NCBI GenBank assembly: GCA_965652295.1
Contig: CBFGTS010000019.1
Coordinates: forward strand, 1 to 64,000
From: an uncultured Haloferula sp.
Lineage (GTDB): Bacteria; Verrucomicrobiota; Verrucomicrobiia; Verrucomicrobiales; Akkermansiaceae
Reading direction: 5' to 3'
DNA length: 64,000 nucleotides
Shown: in pieces, positions 19,026-33,043 of the stretch
Numbering within the stretch: position 1 is the stretch's first letter
How the letters are laid out: every line of letters begins with the position of its first letter
The notes under the pieces: model-generated
Database searches by the model: none
What the model was told of the DNA's origin: nothing
Seen by the model: the letters and a program-made list of their open reading frames with translations, nothing else
Translations under genes and position numbers: made by a program

Positions 19026-20495
19026 TCACCTGCGGCGCTCTTTCCAATCGCGGAAGGCCCCGCCGAGATGGTGGAGGGTGTCGCTGGCGATGCAGGATTC
19101 GTGGCTTTGGCCGCCGTGGGTGATGGCGCGCTCGGCAGCGCGGCCACAAAGCCAGGCGGCGAGCATGGCGGCATCAGCCGGTGGAATCCCGGCGGCGAGC
19201 AGGGCACCGCAGACGCCGGCGAGGACGTCGCCCTGGCCACCGCTGGCCATGCCGGGGTGGCCGGTGGGGTTGATGCGGAGATCGCCTCCGGGCGCGGCGA
19301 TGACGGTGCGCGCGCCTTTGAGAAGAAGAGTGCAGGGATGGCGCTCGACGAAGTGGGCGGCGGCTTCGAGGCGGGGAAGCTGGGCGAGGTCGGGGGCCAG
19401 ACGGGCGAACTCGCCGGGGTGAGGGGTGATGAGGTGGTGAGGGCCGAGGAGATCGGCGGCAGATTCGGCGGCGAGCAGATTGAGAGCGTCGGCGTCGAGC
19501 ACCAGCGGCACTTCGGTTTCAGCAATGCCGGTCAGCAGGGCTTCGCACTGCGGAGGCGTCATTTCCCCGAGGCCGGGGCCGATGACGCGGGCATCCGCGC
19601 GTTCGGAGAATGCGGAGTCGATGCGAGAGCCGAGACGTCGGGTCATGATTTCCGGCGGCGGCTGGGCCGGGTTCCCGGGGTCGAGGAAAAGCGTGACCAG
19701 CCCGGCTCCGCCGCGAAGCGCGCCGGTGGCGCAGAGGACGGCCGCGCCGCTCATGTTCGGAGAGCCGGCGAGCACGGCGACACGTCCGGCATCGCCCTTG
19801 TGAAAGGAGTGGGGGCGCGGGGGCGGGAGATCCGGGAAACCCTCGGGAAACGCCCAGCGCGGAGCCCGTCCGGCAGGCGCGGGCAGATCCGGAAGCGGGA
19901 CATGGAAGAGCTGGCCGATCCGATCCGCCGCGGCATCGGCATGGAGGCCTTTTTTCGGCACGCCGACGGTGATCGTGAGGTCGGCGGTGACCGCGCCGCT
20001 GCCGCTGGTGCCTTCGTCGGTGTGGAGTCCGGAAGGAAGGTCGATCGCCACGACCCAGGCTCCGCGCTGCCGCAGGGCCGCGATTTCCCTGCTCAGGGAA
20101 AGCAAGGGCTCGCGCAGTTCGCCGGTGGCACCGATGCCGAGCAGGCCGTCCAGCACCAGCAGGGGGCTGCTGCCTTCGGGCACTCCGGTTCCCGGGATCA
20201 GGCCGGCGCGCCGGACTCGCTGGCGGGTGAGCACGCTCCACTGGACTTCCGGGTGCGAGGCGCGGAGCGCGACCGCCCAACCGCGGGCCCGCAGGTGCTC
20301 CAGCACGACCACCGCGTCGCCGCCGTTGTTGCCTTTCCCGATGAAAGCGACGGCGCGTCCGGGCTGCGGAAAATAATCGAGCAGGCGTGCCGCGATCCCG
20401 GCGGCGGCCCGGTCCATCAGGTCACCGGGAGCCACTCCCGACGAAAATGCGGACGTCTCCAACGCCCGCATTTCATCCGCTGTGACCCAAGCCAT
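19026..20495 (-). CDS. nnr: Bifunctional NAD(P)H-hydrate epimerase/dehydratase
   Basis: GKGNNGGDA, DGLLGIG, IDLPSG, HKGDAG, GPGLG, LDADAL, TPHPGEF, GGQGDVLAG. Confidence 0.93.
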   Translation of the reverse strand: MAWVTADEMRALETSAFSSGVAPGDLMDRAAAGIAARLLDYFPQPGRAVAFIGKGNNGGDAVVVLEHLRARGWAVALRASHPEVQWSVLTRQRVRRAGLIPGTGVPEGSSPLLVLDGLLGIGATGELREPLLSLSREIAALRQRGAWVVAIDLPSGLHTDEGTSGSGAVTADLTITVGVPKKGLHADAAADRIGQLFHVPLPDLPAPAGRAPRWAFPEGFPDLPPPRPHSFHKGDAGRVAVLAGSPNMSGAAVLCATGALRGGAGLVTLFLDPGNPAQPPPEIMTRRLGSRIDSAFSERADARVIGPGLGEMTPPQCEALLTGIAETEVPLVLDADALNLLAAESAADLLGPHHLITPHPGEFARLAPDLAQLPRLEAAAHFVERHPCTLLLKGARTVIAAPGGDLRINPTGHPGMASGGQGDVLAGVCGALLAAGIPPADAAMLAAWLCGRAAERAITHGGQSHESCIASDTLHHLGGAFRDWKERRR

Positions 20496-20542
20496 GCTGC
20501 GACTCTATCGTCAGCCGCGCCGGGCAGCAATGACGCTGTGAA

Positions 20543-21145
20543 CTACAGGCGTTTGTAGCGATCGACGCCATCGGCCATGCCTTCGGCCAACGCTTGCCGC
20601 CACCAGGCGGACTTCATCCGCGAGCGTTCGGTCGGGTTGCTGACGAATCCGCATTCAACCAGAATGGCGGGGCAGGTGTTGTGGCGGATCACGTAGAAGC
20701 GGGCGAACTTCACGCCACGGTTGGTGGTGCGGACCTTGCGCATCATCCCGTTGTGGACCTGCGCGGCGAGGTTGTAGCTGTCGCCGTTGTTGTAAAAGGT
20801 CTCCAGTCCCGAGACGCCCTGCTTCCACGTGTAGTTGTAGTGGACGCTGATGAAAATCGCGTTGGAGTACTGCTTGGTGATGCGGACGCGCTCGGGCAGG
20901 GAAATGAAGTAGTCGCTGCGGCGGGTCATCACCGTGCGGTAGCCGCGCTTGCGCAGCTCGTTTTCAAGACGGGCAGAGGTGTCGAGTGCCAGATGTTTTT
21001 CGTACACGAGGCCCCACTGGCCTCCCTTGTCGTGGCCTCCGTGACCGGGATCGATCACGACGGTCCGGAAGGATCTCGCTTGGGCGGCGCCGGTCAGGAG
21101 CGCCAGCACCGCCGCCAAGGCGGAAAGTCGGAGCAGAGTCTTCAT
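20543..21145 (-). CDS. N-acetylmuramoyl-L-alanine amidase (Amidase_3)
   Basis: VIDPGHGGHDKG, EK, FISVHYN, PAILVECGFVSN. Confidence 0.92.
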   Translation of the reverse strand: MKTLLRLSALAAVLALLTGAAQARSFRTVVIDPGHGGHDKGGQWGLVYEKHLALDTSARLENELRKRGYRTVMTRRSDYFISLPERVRITKQYSNAIFISVHYNYTWKQGVSGLETFYNNGDSYNLAAQVHNGMMRKVRTTNRGVKFARFYVIRHNTCPAILVECGFVSNPTERSRMKSAWWRQALAEGMADGVDRYKRL

Positions 21146-21235
21146 GATGGTTAAGTTTTAAAGAAGGTTCAGATTTATTAAAAACTTTCCGGCTTTTGTA
21201 AAGGAATTCGTGGGATTCGGTTGAATAAAACTGGC

Positions 21236-22108
21236 TCATTCGTAGAGGAAGGCAGGGCGATCCGAGGCCTTCCTGCTCCGCTTCTGCGCTTCTTCGGCCT
21301 CCTTGGGATCGTAGAGCTTTCCTCCAAGGGCTCTGATGCTGCCGTCCTTCATTTGCGCCAGCACCGGGTCGCTGGCCAGCGGCTGGTAAAGATCTCGGCC
21401 GAGGAAGCGTCCATCCGGGGCGATCCGGGCGTGGCCCCAGAACTTGGGCGTCATCATGTAGAGGACGTGCATGTTCAGAGAGGAGTCGACCGACACGGAA
21501 GGCTTTCGCAGCATCAGGACATCGCCCAGGAAATGGGTCCGGAGGATCTTGCCCGTTTTCGCGTCAGCGATCTGGGCGAAGAGCTGGTTGCGGCGATCGT
21601 TGTTGAACTGGATGAGCCGGAACTCGTTCTGGCGCCCGCGCTGGCCGGGAACGCCGACAACCTGTTTCCAGTAGGGCAGGGCGGAGTTGACGGTGAAAAG
21701 GTGGCGATTGGACTGGAAGCCGTCGGTGCGCTGGCTGGGGAGGCGGACGATGGCGTAGACGGAGAAATTGCCGAGCTCGTCGATCGGATAGAGCTGGGCG
21801 AGGTCGACGGTGCGGACGATGGCCTTGCCGGAGGGGATGCGAACGGTGCCGAAGGCGGGACGGGCCATCGGACTGAGGGGCACGCCGCGGTTCGAGTTGA
21901 CGATGAAATCAATCCAGTTCGATTCCCTGGTGCCCTGGAAAGCCAGCTCGCGGCCGGAGAAGTTGGTGATCGTCACGTTCACCGGCACCGATTCGCCGGC
22001 GAGGAAGTTGTTCTTCTGAAACCGGAGCTCGACGGTGACCTGCGCACGCGCCGCCCCGGCCATTGCGAGGAGGAGGAAAAAGAGGGAAAGCCAGCGAGGG
22101 TTTGTCAT
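21236..22108 (-). CDS. Secreted hypothetical protein (Ig-like N-terminal half)
   Basis: Signal peptide; GESVPVNVTITNFSG beta pattern. Confidence 0.7.
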   Translation of the reverse strand: MTNPRWLSLFFLLLAMAGAARAQVTVELRFQKNNFLAGESVPVNVTITNFSGRELAFQGTRESNWIDFIVNSNRGVPLSPMARPAFGTVRIPSGKAIVRTVDLAQLYPIDELGNFSVYAIVRLPSQRTDGFQSNRHLFTVNSALPYWKQVVGVPGQRGRQNEFRLIQFNNDRRNQLFAQIADAKTGKILRTHFLGDVLMLRKPSVSVDSSLNMHVLYMMTPKFWGHARIAPDGRFLGRDLYQPLASDPVLAQMKDGSIRALGGKLYDPKEAEEAQKRSRKASDRPAFLYE

Positions 22109-22234
22109 TCGGCAGCCAGCCGTATCGGGATCACCCCGGCGCGTCAATCCAACGGATTTCCGCGGGAATGGATCGGCATCGACCGGGCTTGGGTCGCCCG
22201 CCTTGGCGTGCCCGCGTGGCGCTGCGGGTGCTCC

Positions 22235-25444
<3,210 letters not shown>

Positions 25445-25731
25445 GGTGGGACGGGACGTTTTCAGCCGCGGAACGGGGTGCGGCTAAATTTCTGGGTGTT
25501 TCGCAGGGGTTCGCAGGGATGTAAAGGGGAAGCCGGGGGAAATGGGATGGCGGAAAGGCAGGGGCGGCTTTTCTGGTGGTGGAAATCACAGGAAAGCACC
25601 CCGCGAAGAAGGATCCCCGCTCCATTTGACGGCACTTCGGATGGCCCGGAGATCCTCTTCTGCATCCAGCGTGCCCAAGGTGGCCTCCGAAGAAACGCTT
25701 CTTCGCAAAATTCCGCTTCTAACCGGTTGAC

Positions 25732-25747
25732 TTGACTGATTAGTCAA
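25732..25747. promoter_or_regulatory. TetR operator-like inverted repeat TTGACT-GATT-AGTCAA
   Basis: 6-4-6 inverted repeat, extended by AACCGG/CCGGTT, 15 bp upstream of the TetR start. Confidence 0.65.
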
Positions 25748-25762
25748 CTACCGGTTTCCCCC

Positions 25763-26386
25763 GTGCCGCCGGTGAGTCAAGCCCGTGCCCGATTGCTCGA
25801 TGCGATGCTCGAAGCGATGTGGGAGCGCAGTTACGCTGCGATTTCCGTGGATGCCATCTGCGAGCGGGCCGGCGTGCGCAAGGGCAGCTTCTACCACTTT
25901 TTCCCCTCGAAATGTGCGCTCGCGATCGCCGCACTGGAGCACAAGTGGAAGACCGAGGCGGCGACCTGCCTCGACGAGATTTTCCATCCGGAGCACCCTC
26001 CTCTCCAGCGTCTGAACCGGGTGGTGGTGTTCTGGTATGAGAAAGCCTGCGCCTGCCGGAAGGAGCACGGCCGCGTCCTGGGATGCCCGTATTTCAACAT
26101 CGCCAGCGAGACCGCCGGGGTGGAGCCGGAGCTCTCGGAAATGGCGCGGCGCATCCTCGATCGCTTCCAGAACCGCCTCGAACAGACGCTGCGTGAGGCC
26201 AACGATCTCGGCGAGCTGACCCTGGCCGATCCCGCCGCCACCGCCTCCTGCCTGTTTTTCCTACTCGAAGGCTGCTCGACCCAGGCCCGGATCCACGACG
26301 ACCCGGAGCGCCTGCGCCAACTCCCGTCGGCGATCGGCAGCCTGCTTGGCATCGACTTTCCGCCTCTGCCCGAGGCCGTTTCCTAG
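25763..26386 (+). CDS. TetR-family regulator (NemR-like, Cys-rich)
   Basis: HTH SVDAICERAGVRKGSFYHFFPSK; GCP motif. Confidence 0.9.
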   Translation: MPPVSQARARLLDAMLEAMWERSYAAISVDAICERAGVRKGSFYHFFPSKCALAIAALEHKWKTEAATCLDEIFHPEHPPLQRLNRVVVFWYEKACACRKEHGRVLGCPYFNIASETAGVEPELSEMARRILDRFQNRLEQTLREANDLGELTLADPAATASCLFFLLEGCSTQARIHDDPERLRQLPSAIGSLLGIDFPPLPEAVS

Positions 26387-26400
26387 ATCCCACACCCATT

Positions 26401-27624
26401 ATGTCCGCATCCCGCTCATCCCTGGCCTGGCTCGCGATCCTCGCGCTGCTCGGCGTGACCTCGTATTTTGGCTGGAAAGCTCTCCGCGACGCCCAACCCG
26501 AGTCCGCCGGTGGCCCCGGAGGAGGAGGTTTCCCGCCCAGCACGGTGATCATCAAGCCGGCGGAGAAACGGAAGGTCGTTGAAATCCTCGAAGTGACCGG
26601 TTCATTGCGCGCCGTCCGCCGGTCGGAGGTTGCCGCGCTCGAATCCTCCGCGATTTCCGCACTGGAGGTCGATGAAGGCGATCGGGTGAAAAAAGGCCAG
26701 CTCATCGCCCGCCTCGATCCCCGCCGCCTCGAAGCGCAGATCCAGGAAGCGCGGGCCACGCTTACCGCCGCCCGCGCCGAGCTGGCCCAGCGCGAAGCCG
26801 AAAGCGAGCGCGCCGTCCTTGATGAGGAGATGATGCGGGACCTGTGGGACGATCGCGCCGTGGCCGAGCGCGAGTATCTCGACAGCCTGCGCGAAATGAA
26901 GGTCGCCGAGGCCCGCGCCAACGCCGCTCACGAAGCGATCGCCGCTGCGGAAAAGCGCCTGGAGCTGCTGGAGGTACGGCAAGGCGACCTGGAAGTGAAA
27001 GCTCCCTTCGATGGCCAGGTCGTCGAGCGCCATGCCGAACTCGGTGAGTGGCTCAGCGAGGGCTCTCCCGTCGTGACCCTCATCTCCACCGGCGAAGTCG
27101 AGGCGTGGCTGCAGCTTCCCGAGCGGCACGTCGGCCTGTTGCGCGAGGCCTCGCCGGATGCCGTGGAGCTGACCATTGCCGGCCATCGCGGGGCGATCCA
27201 GGCCGACCGCCTTTCGCTCGTCCCGGACGTCGATGGCCGCTCGCGGAGATTCAACCTCATCGCCCACATCCCGGATCCGGACAATGTGCTCACTCCCGGC
27301 GCTTCGGTCCGCGCCAGCGTTCCCCTCGGGCACCCCGAGGAGCGGTTGGTGGTCGCCTCGGATGCGGTGATGCAGGGATTTGACGGAAACTACGTCTGGA
27401 TCACCGAGCCCGCAGGCGAAGGTCCGCCGATGCCGAAGAAGGTGCCGGTGGAAATCGCCTTCGAGCGCGATGGCCAGGCCGTCCTTGCCGGCACCACCCT
27501 CGATGCGGGTGCGCCGGTCATCGTCGAGGGCAACGAGCGCCTTTTCCCCGGGACGCCGCTCGATCCGCATCCTTGGTCCGAAACCCGCGCCATCAAAGCC
27601 GAAGCCCAAGCTCCCAACCCGTGA
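26401..27624 (+). CDS. RND efflux membrane fusion protein
   Basis: TM anchor, VDEGDRVKKGQLIARLD, coiled coil, VKAPFDGQV. Confidence 0.92.
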   Translation: MSASRSSLAWLAILALLGVTSYFGWKALRDAQPESAGGPGGGGFPPSTVIIKPAEKRKVVEILEVTGSLRAVRRSEVAALESSAISALEVDEGDRVKKGQLIARLDPRRLEAQIQEARATLTAARAELAQREAESERAVLDEEMMRDLWDDRAVAEREYLDSLREMKVAEARANAAHEAIAAAEKRLELLEVRQGDLEVKAPFDGQVVERHAELGEWLSEGSPVVTLISTGEVEAWLQLPERHVGLLREASPDAVELTIAGHRGAIQADRLSLVPDVDGRSRRFNLIAHIPDPDNVLTPGASVRASVPLGHPEERLVVASDAVMQGFDGNYVWITEPAGEGPPMPKKVPVEIAFERDGQAVLAGTTLDAGAPVIVEGNERLFPGTPLDPHPWSETRAIKAEAQAPNP

Positions 27625-30600
27625 AATCACTCATCGAATTTCTGCTCAAGCAGCCGATCACGATCGCCGTCGGCACTCTGCTCGCCATTTTCACCGGCAT
27701 CCTCGCGATCACGCGGGTGCCGGTGCAGATGACGCCGGAGGTGTCCTCGGTCGTCATCGCCGTCACCACCAACTGGGAAAACGCCTCGGCCGAAGAGATC
27801 GAGTCGGACGTCATCGAGGAACAGGAGCGCGTGCTCGGCGAGGTCACCGGCCTGACGTCAATGATCTCCACCAGTGCCGCAGGCCAGGGAACGATCCGTC
27901 TTGAGTTCGAGACCGGCACCGACATTTCCAAGGCTCAGGAGGAAGTCCTGCAAAAGCTCGACGAGGTCCCCGGTTACCCCGACGGCATCCTGCAGCCGGT
28001 CGTTGAGGACATCGATCCGGAGTCCGCCGACTACATCGCGTGGATCGGCTTGTTCTCCACCGACCCGGCGTTCAGCACCGCCAAGCTCTACGATTTCATG
28101 GACCGCACCATGAAGCCGCAGTTCGAGCGCATTCCCGGCATCAGCCAGGTCGGCGTGCGCGGAGCGACAGCTTCGGAACTGCAAGTGGTCGTCGCTCCCA
28201 CCGCGCTCGCCCAGCGCGGCATCACCTTCGCCCAGCTCCGCCAGGGCATCACCGCGGCCAACGCCAACTTCTCCGGCGGCAAGATCGAGCAGGGCAAGCG
28301 CGACTTCCGCATCCGCGCGACCGGCCGCTTCGATACGCCGGAGGCCGCCGCGGAAATGATGATCTTCCGCGACGAGGCGGGGCCGGTCTACCTCGGCGAC
28401 GTCGCCACCATCCGCAACGCATGGAAAGAACCGACCTCCTGGGTCCGCTCTCGCGGGCAACGTGGAGCCTTCTTCAATTTCCAGCTCCAGCGCGGCGCGA
28501 ACCTGCTGGAAACCATGCAGATGCTCAACGCGCAGGTCGCCGACTTCAACAAGCCCGGCGGCTTGCTTGAGGAGAAGGCCCGCCAGCTCGGGCTCGATGG
28601 TACCCTCGAGCTGGTTCAGACCTATGACTCCTCGACCTACGTCGTGGATGCGTTCGCTCTGGTCCGCTCGAACCTCGTCCTAGGCGGCATCCTCGCCACC
28701 ATCACGCTGCTGTTCTTCCTGCGCAGCCTTCGCGCGGTCGGCATCATCGCCATCGCCATTCCGGTCTCGACCATCGCCTCCTTCACCGTGCTGGTGATGC
28801 TCGGGCGCTCGATCAACATCATCTCGCTCGCCGGCCTCGCCTTCGCGATCGGCATGGTCGTCGACAACTCGATCGTCGTCATCGAGAACATCTTCCGTCA
28901 CCTTGAGATGGGGAAAAAACCTTTCGTCGCCGCGCGCGATGGCACCATCGAGGTTGGCGGCGCGGTCCTGGCATCGACTCTGACGACGGTCGTCGTTTTC
29001 GCGCCCATCCTCATGATCGAGGAGCAGGCGGGTCAGCTCTTCCGCGACATCGCGCTGGCGATCATGGCTGCGGTGAGCCTGTCATTCATTGTTTCCCTGA
29101 CCGTCATCCCGACCGCCGCGGGGAAATGGCTGACGCCGCAGCGCAAGGACGGTGGTCCCTCGGCGTTCGACCGGGCGTTCGGCTCGCGCTTCTTCCGCAT
29201 CCTCGGTGCGCCGTTTCGCCCCCTCGGCATCCTGTTCGAGAAAATGCCGGACATGACGGCGAACGCCGTTTCATGGATCACCGCCACCTGGGCGCGCCGA
29301 CTGACGATCATCGGCTCGTTTACCGTGATTACGATCGTCGGGACCAAGGTGCTGCTGCCTCCGCTCGACTACCTGCCGCAGGGCAACCGCAACCTCGTCT
29401 TCGGCCTGCTTTTCCCACCACCCGGTTACAACCTCGAGTCGCTCTCGAAGATGGGCGAGCGCATTGAAGAAAGCATCCGCCCGCTGTGGGACGCCACCGA
29501 GGACAAGTATGGCATCGAAACCCGGCTCAACGGCGGCGACTCCTCTCCTGTCGACAACCGCCAGCCGGTACCCCTGATGGACGGCTCGGGGAAGATGGTG
29601 ACTCCGCCGGCTCTGGAGAACTACTTCCTCGTCTCGTTCGAGGGGCGCATGTTCCACGGTGGGATCTCGGCGGACAAAAAGCGCGTTGCCGACCTGATCC
29701 CCGCGTTCCAAGGTGCCACCTCCGGCACGGCCACGCCGGATACCTTCTCCATCGCGCTGCAGATGCCGCTCTTTCGCGTCGGCGGATCTACGGGATCTGC
29801 CGTACAGATCGACCTGCGTGGTGCCAACCTGGACGACGTTTCCGGTGCGGCGGCGGCGATGATGGGAGCGTTGCGGCAGCAGATGCCGGCTGGTTCGAAC
29901 GTCAAGTCGGAGCCACCGAATTTCATGTTTCCCGTGGACGAAATGCGGATCGTTCCGAACGACGCCCGCCTCCGCGAGCTGGACATGACCCGCTCCGACC
30001 TCGGGATGGCCATCCAGGCCGGCGGCGATGGGATGGTGCTTTTCCGCGACTATGAACAGAACGGCGAGCTGAAGGACATCAAGATCCTCATCGAGCGCGG
30101 TGAGGGCGAGCAGCCGCTCGACAAGCTCCTCGACATGCCGCTGGCCACACCGAGCGGCGCGATCGTCGACCTCCGCTCGATCGCCGAACTCCAGCGCGTC
30201 CGCGGTCCCGATCAGATCCGTCACGTCGATCGCAAGCGCTCGGTCACGCTCGAACTCACCCCGCCCCCAGGCCAACCTCTGGAAACCGTCATTGAAGACG
30301 TCAACGGACTGATCGAGGGCATGCGGTCCGGCGGCGCGATCCCGCCGGGGGTCGACGTCTCCCTCGCAGGCTCCGCCGGCAAACTGGCGGAGATCAAGAA
30401 CTCGCTGCTCGGCGATGGCACGCTGGTCGGCACCGTGGCCAGCTCGTTGTTCCTCGCCTTCATCGTGATCTACCTGCTGATGGTCGTGCTTTTCCAGAGC
30501 TGGTCGTATCCGCTGGTCATCATGCTCAGCGTGCCGCTGGCCACGTTCGGCGGATTCCTCGGGCTCGCCATGGTCCACTCCTGGAGCAAGCTGGACCGCT

Positions 30601-31001
30601 ACATGCCCGTCCAGAACCTCGACATGCTCACCATCCTCGGCTTCGTCATCCTCGCCGGGGTGGTGGTGAACAACGCCATCCTCATCGTCCACCAGGCGCT
30701 CAATTTCGAATCGGAGGGCTACAAGCCGCTCGATGCCGTCGTCGAAAGCGTCCGCAGCCGCGTGCGTCCGATCCTGATGTCCACCCTGACCTCCGTCGGC
30801 GGCATGTTGCCGCTGGTCCTGATGCCCGGCTCCGGTTCGGAGCTCTACCGCGGCCTCGGCGCGGTGGTCGTGGGCGGTCTGACGGTCAGCACGATCTTCA
30901 CCCTCTTCCTCGTGCCCGCCGTGCTGAGCGTGATCTTCGCGCTGAAGGACCGCGAGACGATTCCGTCCGAGGCTCCCGCCGCCGAACCTGCCAAAGCCTG
31001 A
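27621..31001 (+). CDS. RND efflux permease (AcrB-like)
   Basis: GMVVDNSIVVIENI, GVVVNNAIL, RVRPILMST; GTG start overlapping MFP stop. Confidence 0.95.
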   Translation: MKSLIEFLLKQPITIAVGTLLAIFTGILAITRVPVQMTPEVSSVVIAVTTNWENASAEEIESDVIEEQERVLGEVTGLTSMISTSAAGQGTIRLEFETGTDISKAQEEVLQKLDEVPGYPDGILQPVVEDIDPESADYIAWIGLFSTDPAFSTAKLYDFMDRTMKPQFERIPGISQVGVRGATASELQVVVAPTALAQRGITFAQLRQGITAANANFSGGKIEQGKRDFRIRATGRFDTPEAAAEMMIFRDEAGPVYLGDVATIRNAWKEPTSWVRSRGQRGAFFNFQLQRGANLLETMQMLNAQVADFNKPGGLLEEKARQLGLDGTLELVQTYDSSTYVVDAFALVRSNLVLGGILATITLLFFLRSLRAVGIIAIAIPVSTIASFTVLVMLGRSINIISLAGLAFAIGMVVDNSIVVIENIFRHLEMGKKPFVAARDGTIEVGGAVLASTLTTVVVFAPILMIEEQAGQLFRDIALAIMAAVSLSFIVSLTVIPTAAGKWLTPQRKDGGPSAFDRAFGSRFFRILGAPFRPLGILFEKMPDMTANAVSWITATWARRLTIIGSFTVITIVGTKVLLPPLDYLPQGNRNLVFGLLFPPPGYNLESLSKMGERIEESIRPLWDATEDKYGIETRLNGGDSSPVDNRQPVPLMDGSGKMVTPPALENYFLVSFEGRMFHGGISADKKRVADLIPAFQGATSGTATPDTFSIALQMPLFRVGGSTGSAVQIDLRGANLDDVSGAAAAMMGALRQQMPAGSNVKSEPPNFMFPVDEMRIVPNDARLRELDMTRSDLGMAIQAGGDGMVLFRDYEQNGELKDIKILIERGEGEQPLDKLLDMPLATPSGAIVDLRSIAELQRVRGPDQIRHVDRKRSVTLELTPPPGQPLETVIEDVNGLIEGMRSGGAIPPGVDVSLAGSAGKLAEIKNSLLGDGTLVGTVASSLFLAFIVIYLLMVVLFQSWSYPLVIMLSVPLATFGGFLGLAMVHSWSKLDRYMPVQNLDMLTILGFVILAGVVVNNAILIVHQALNFESEGYKPLDAVVESVRSRVRPILMSTLTSVGGMLPLVLMPGSGSELYRGLGAVVVGGLTVSTIFTLFLVPAVLSVIFALKDRETIPSEAPAAEPAKA

Positions 31002-31015
31002 ACCTTCCCTTTCCC

Positions 31016-32386
31016 GTGAAATTTACGATTGTTACCGTATTTCTTGCCGCCTTCGTCACGGGTTGTGCCGTGGGCCCGGATCATGAGATCCCGCCGGAGA
31101 AACTGGAGGCCTCGTTCAAACACGCCGGCTTCACTCCCCCACCCGCGGCCGGTTCGTGGTGGTCGATGTTCGGCGATGCCGAGCTGGCCCGACTGATGAA
31201 GCTGGCCGATGAAAACAACCCCGGCGGCCGTGCCGCGCTCGCCCGCTACGACCAGGCGCGGGCGGCGCTCGGTCTCGCGGCGGCGGATGCGTTTCCCGCC
31301 ATCACCGGCGATGCCTACGCCCAACGCCAGGGCGACAGCGGGAACAGCAACTTTTCCTCCGGCACCTACAACGACTACCGCGCCGCACTGAATCTTTCGT
31401 GGGAGATCGACCTCTGGGGTCGCGTCCGGCGTCAGATCGGCGTCGCCCGCGCGCAGGAGCAGGCCGCCCGTTACGACTATCAGGGAGCCATCCTCTCGCT
31501 CCGCGGTGAGGTGGCCCGGGCCTACATCTCATTGCGTTTCACCGATGCGGAAATCGCCCTGCTGGAGGAAACCGCCGCGCTCCGCGAAAAGGCGCGCGAG
31601 CTGATGAACCGCCGCTTCGAGGGTGGCGCGAGCAGCCGGATCGATTACGAACGCGCCGTGACCGAGCACCAGAGCGTGCTGGCCGAGCTGCAGCAGCTCC
31701 GCGCCCAGCGGACGCGATATGAGAACGCCTTGGCCTATCTCGCCGGACGCAGCGCCTCGGGCTTCCACCTCGCTTCATCGGGGCGCACACCGCGTGTTCC
31801 CGGACCTGTCGCCTCGGTGCCCTCCGAACTGCTGCGCCGTCGTCCGGACATCGCCGCCGCGGAACGCCGTCTCGCCGCGGCCAGCGAAGGCATCGGCCTC
31901 ACCATCGCCAGCTATCTCCCGCGCCTCACGCTCAATGGCAGCGCCGGTGTGCAGGCACTCAACGCCAGCAAGCTTTTCGATTCCGGATCGGAACTCTGGT
32001 CCCTGGGACCGCAGCTGAGCGTGCCGATTTTCCAAGGCGGTCAGCTCGGCTCCGACCGCAAACGCGCCGAAGCAGTCTACCGCGAAGCGCTCGAAAATTA
32101 CCGCGATACCCTACTCACCGCCGTGCGCGAGGCCGATGACTCACTGGCCGATGCCCACCATTTGGCGAAAGCCGCCGCCGCCCGCAGCACCGGTGCCGCC
32201 AGCGCCGAGAAGGCCGCGGAACTGACCCGTCAACGCTACGAGCGCGGAATCACCGACTACTTCGAGGTCGTCGATGCCGAGCGCACCGCCCTGACGGAAC
32301 AGCGTGCCGCGCTCTCCGTCGATCTCGCCCGCGCCCTCGCCGCCACCCGCCTGATCCAGGCCCTCGGCGGCGGCTGGGAGCGGTGA
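31016..32386 (+). CDS. Outer-membrane efflux lipoprotein (OprM/NodT family)
   Basis: VTGC lipobox, WEIDLWGRVRR, PSELLRRRPDIAAAERRL, ALGGGW. Confidence 0.93.
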   Translation: MKFTIVTVFLAAFVTGCAVGPDHEIPPEKLEASFKHAGFTPPPAAGSWWSMFGDAELARLMKLADENNPGGRAALARYDQARAALGLAAADAFPAITGDAYAQRQGDSGNSNFSSGTYNDYRAALNLSWEIDLWGRVRRQIGVARAQEQAARYDYQGAILSLRGEVARAYISLRFTDAEIALLEETAALREKARELMNRRFEGGASSRIDYERAVTEHQSVLAELQQLRAQRTRYENALAYLAGRSASGFHLASSGRTPRVPGPVASVPSELLRRRPDIAAAERRLAAASEGIGLTIASYLPRLTLNGSAGVQALNASKLFDSGSELWSLGPQLSVPIFQGGQLGSDRKRAEAVYREALENYRDTLLTAVREADDSLADAHHLAKAAAARSTGAASAEKAAELTRQRYERGITDYFEVVDAERTALTEQRAALSVDLARALAATRLIQALGGGWER

Positions 32387-32566
32387 GGTCGACCGCCTGC
32401 CCGGGAAAAATTTGAGATTGGGTGCTGGCCGAGGTCTGCCAGGTCGCCGACGGCGAGCTGGCTCAAGAGGGCTTGAAAGCAAACGTGGTATCGGCCTGAA
32501 ACGAGTCAACTCGATCGACCAGCACATTTCACTCGCCCCTGCTTCTCCACAGGCTATGCGTTCGTC

Positions 32567-33043
32567 ATGGTCCTCAAAGCCACGGCTCCGCTTCTCCTCT
32601 GCCTGACCATGGGATCCCACGGGGCGCTGGTCGGCTTGGCCCCGCAACAGGGAACATCCGGTCTGGGTGAGGGATTGGAGGCCGTCCCGACCTTCGCAGC
32701 CCCCCTCAATTTCGATTACCCCTTCCCGAACCTGGTATTCCTCCCTGGAAGCGAGGCTTTCAGGGTCAACGGAACCACACTCTCGTGGGTCAGCGAAACT
32801 TTCGGTCAGCAGGATCCTTCCTCCGCCACATCGTGGCTTGCCGACCTCTCCGAGGGCAACGAGCCGCTTTCGACTGGGGAGTGGGGAGAACGCCCCGGCG
32901 GGGGCGGACCCCAAACCGGAGACGACAACAACACGGGCGGTGGCACCACCTCCGGCTTCGATCCGGCCTCCACTGTTCCTGAGCCCTCGTCCCTCCTTTT
33001 TACCGCGATTGCCTTTGCCTGCTCCAGACGCCGCCGACGCTGA
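32567..33043 (+). CDS. Short PEP-CTERM protein with Gly/Thr-rich linker
   Basis: Ends VPEPSSLLFTAIAFACSRRRRR; N-terminal hydrophobic segment. Confidence 0.75.
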   Translation: MVLKATAPLLLCLTMGSHGALVGLAPQQGTSGLGEGLEAVPTFAAPLNFDYPFPNLVFLPGSEAFRVNGTTLSWVSETFGQQDPSSATSWLADLSEGNEPLSTGEWGERPGGGGPQTGDDNNTGGGTTSGFDPASTVPEPSSLLFTAIAFACSRRRRR

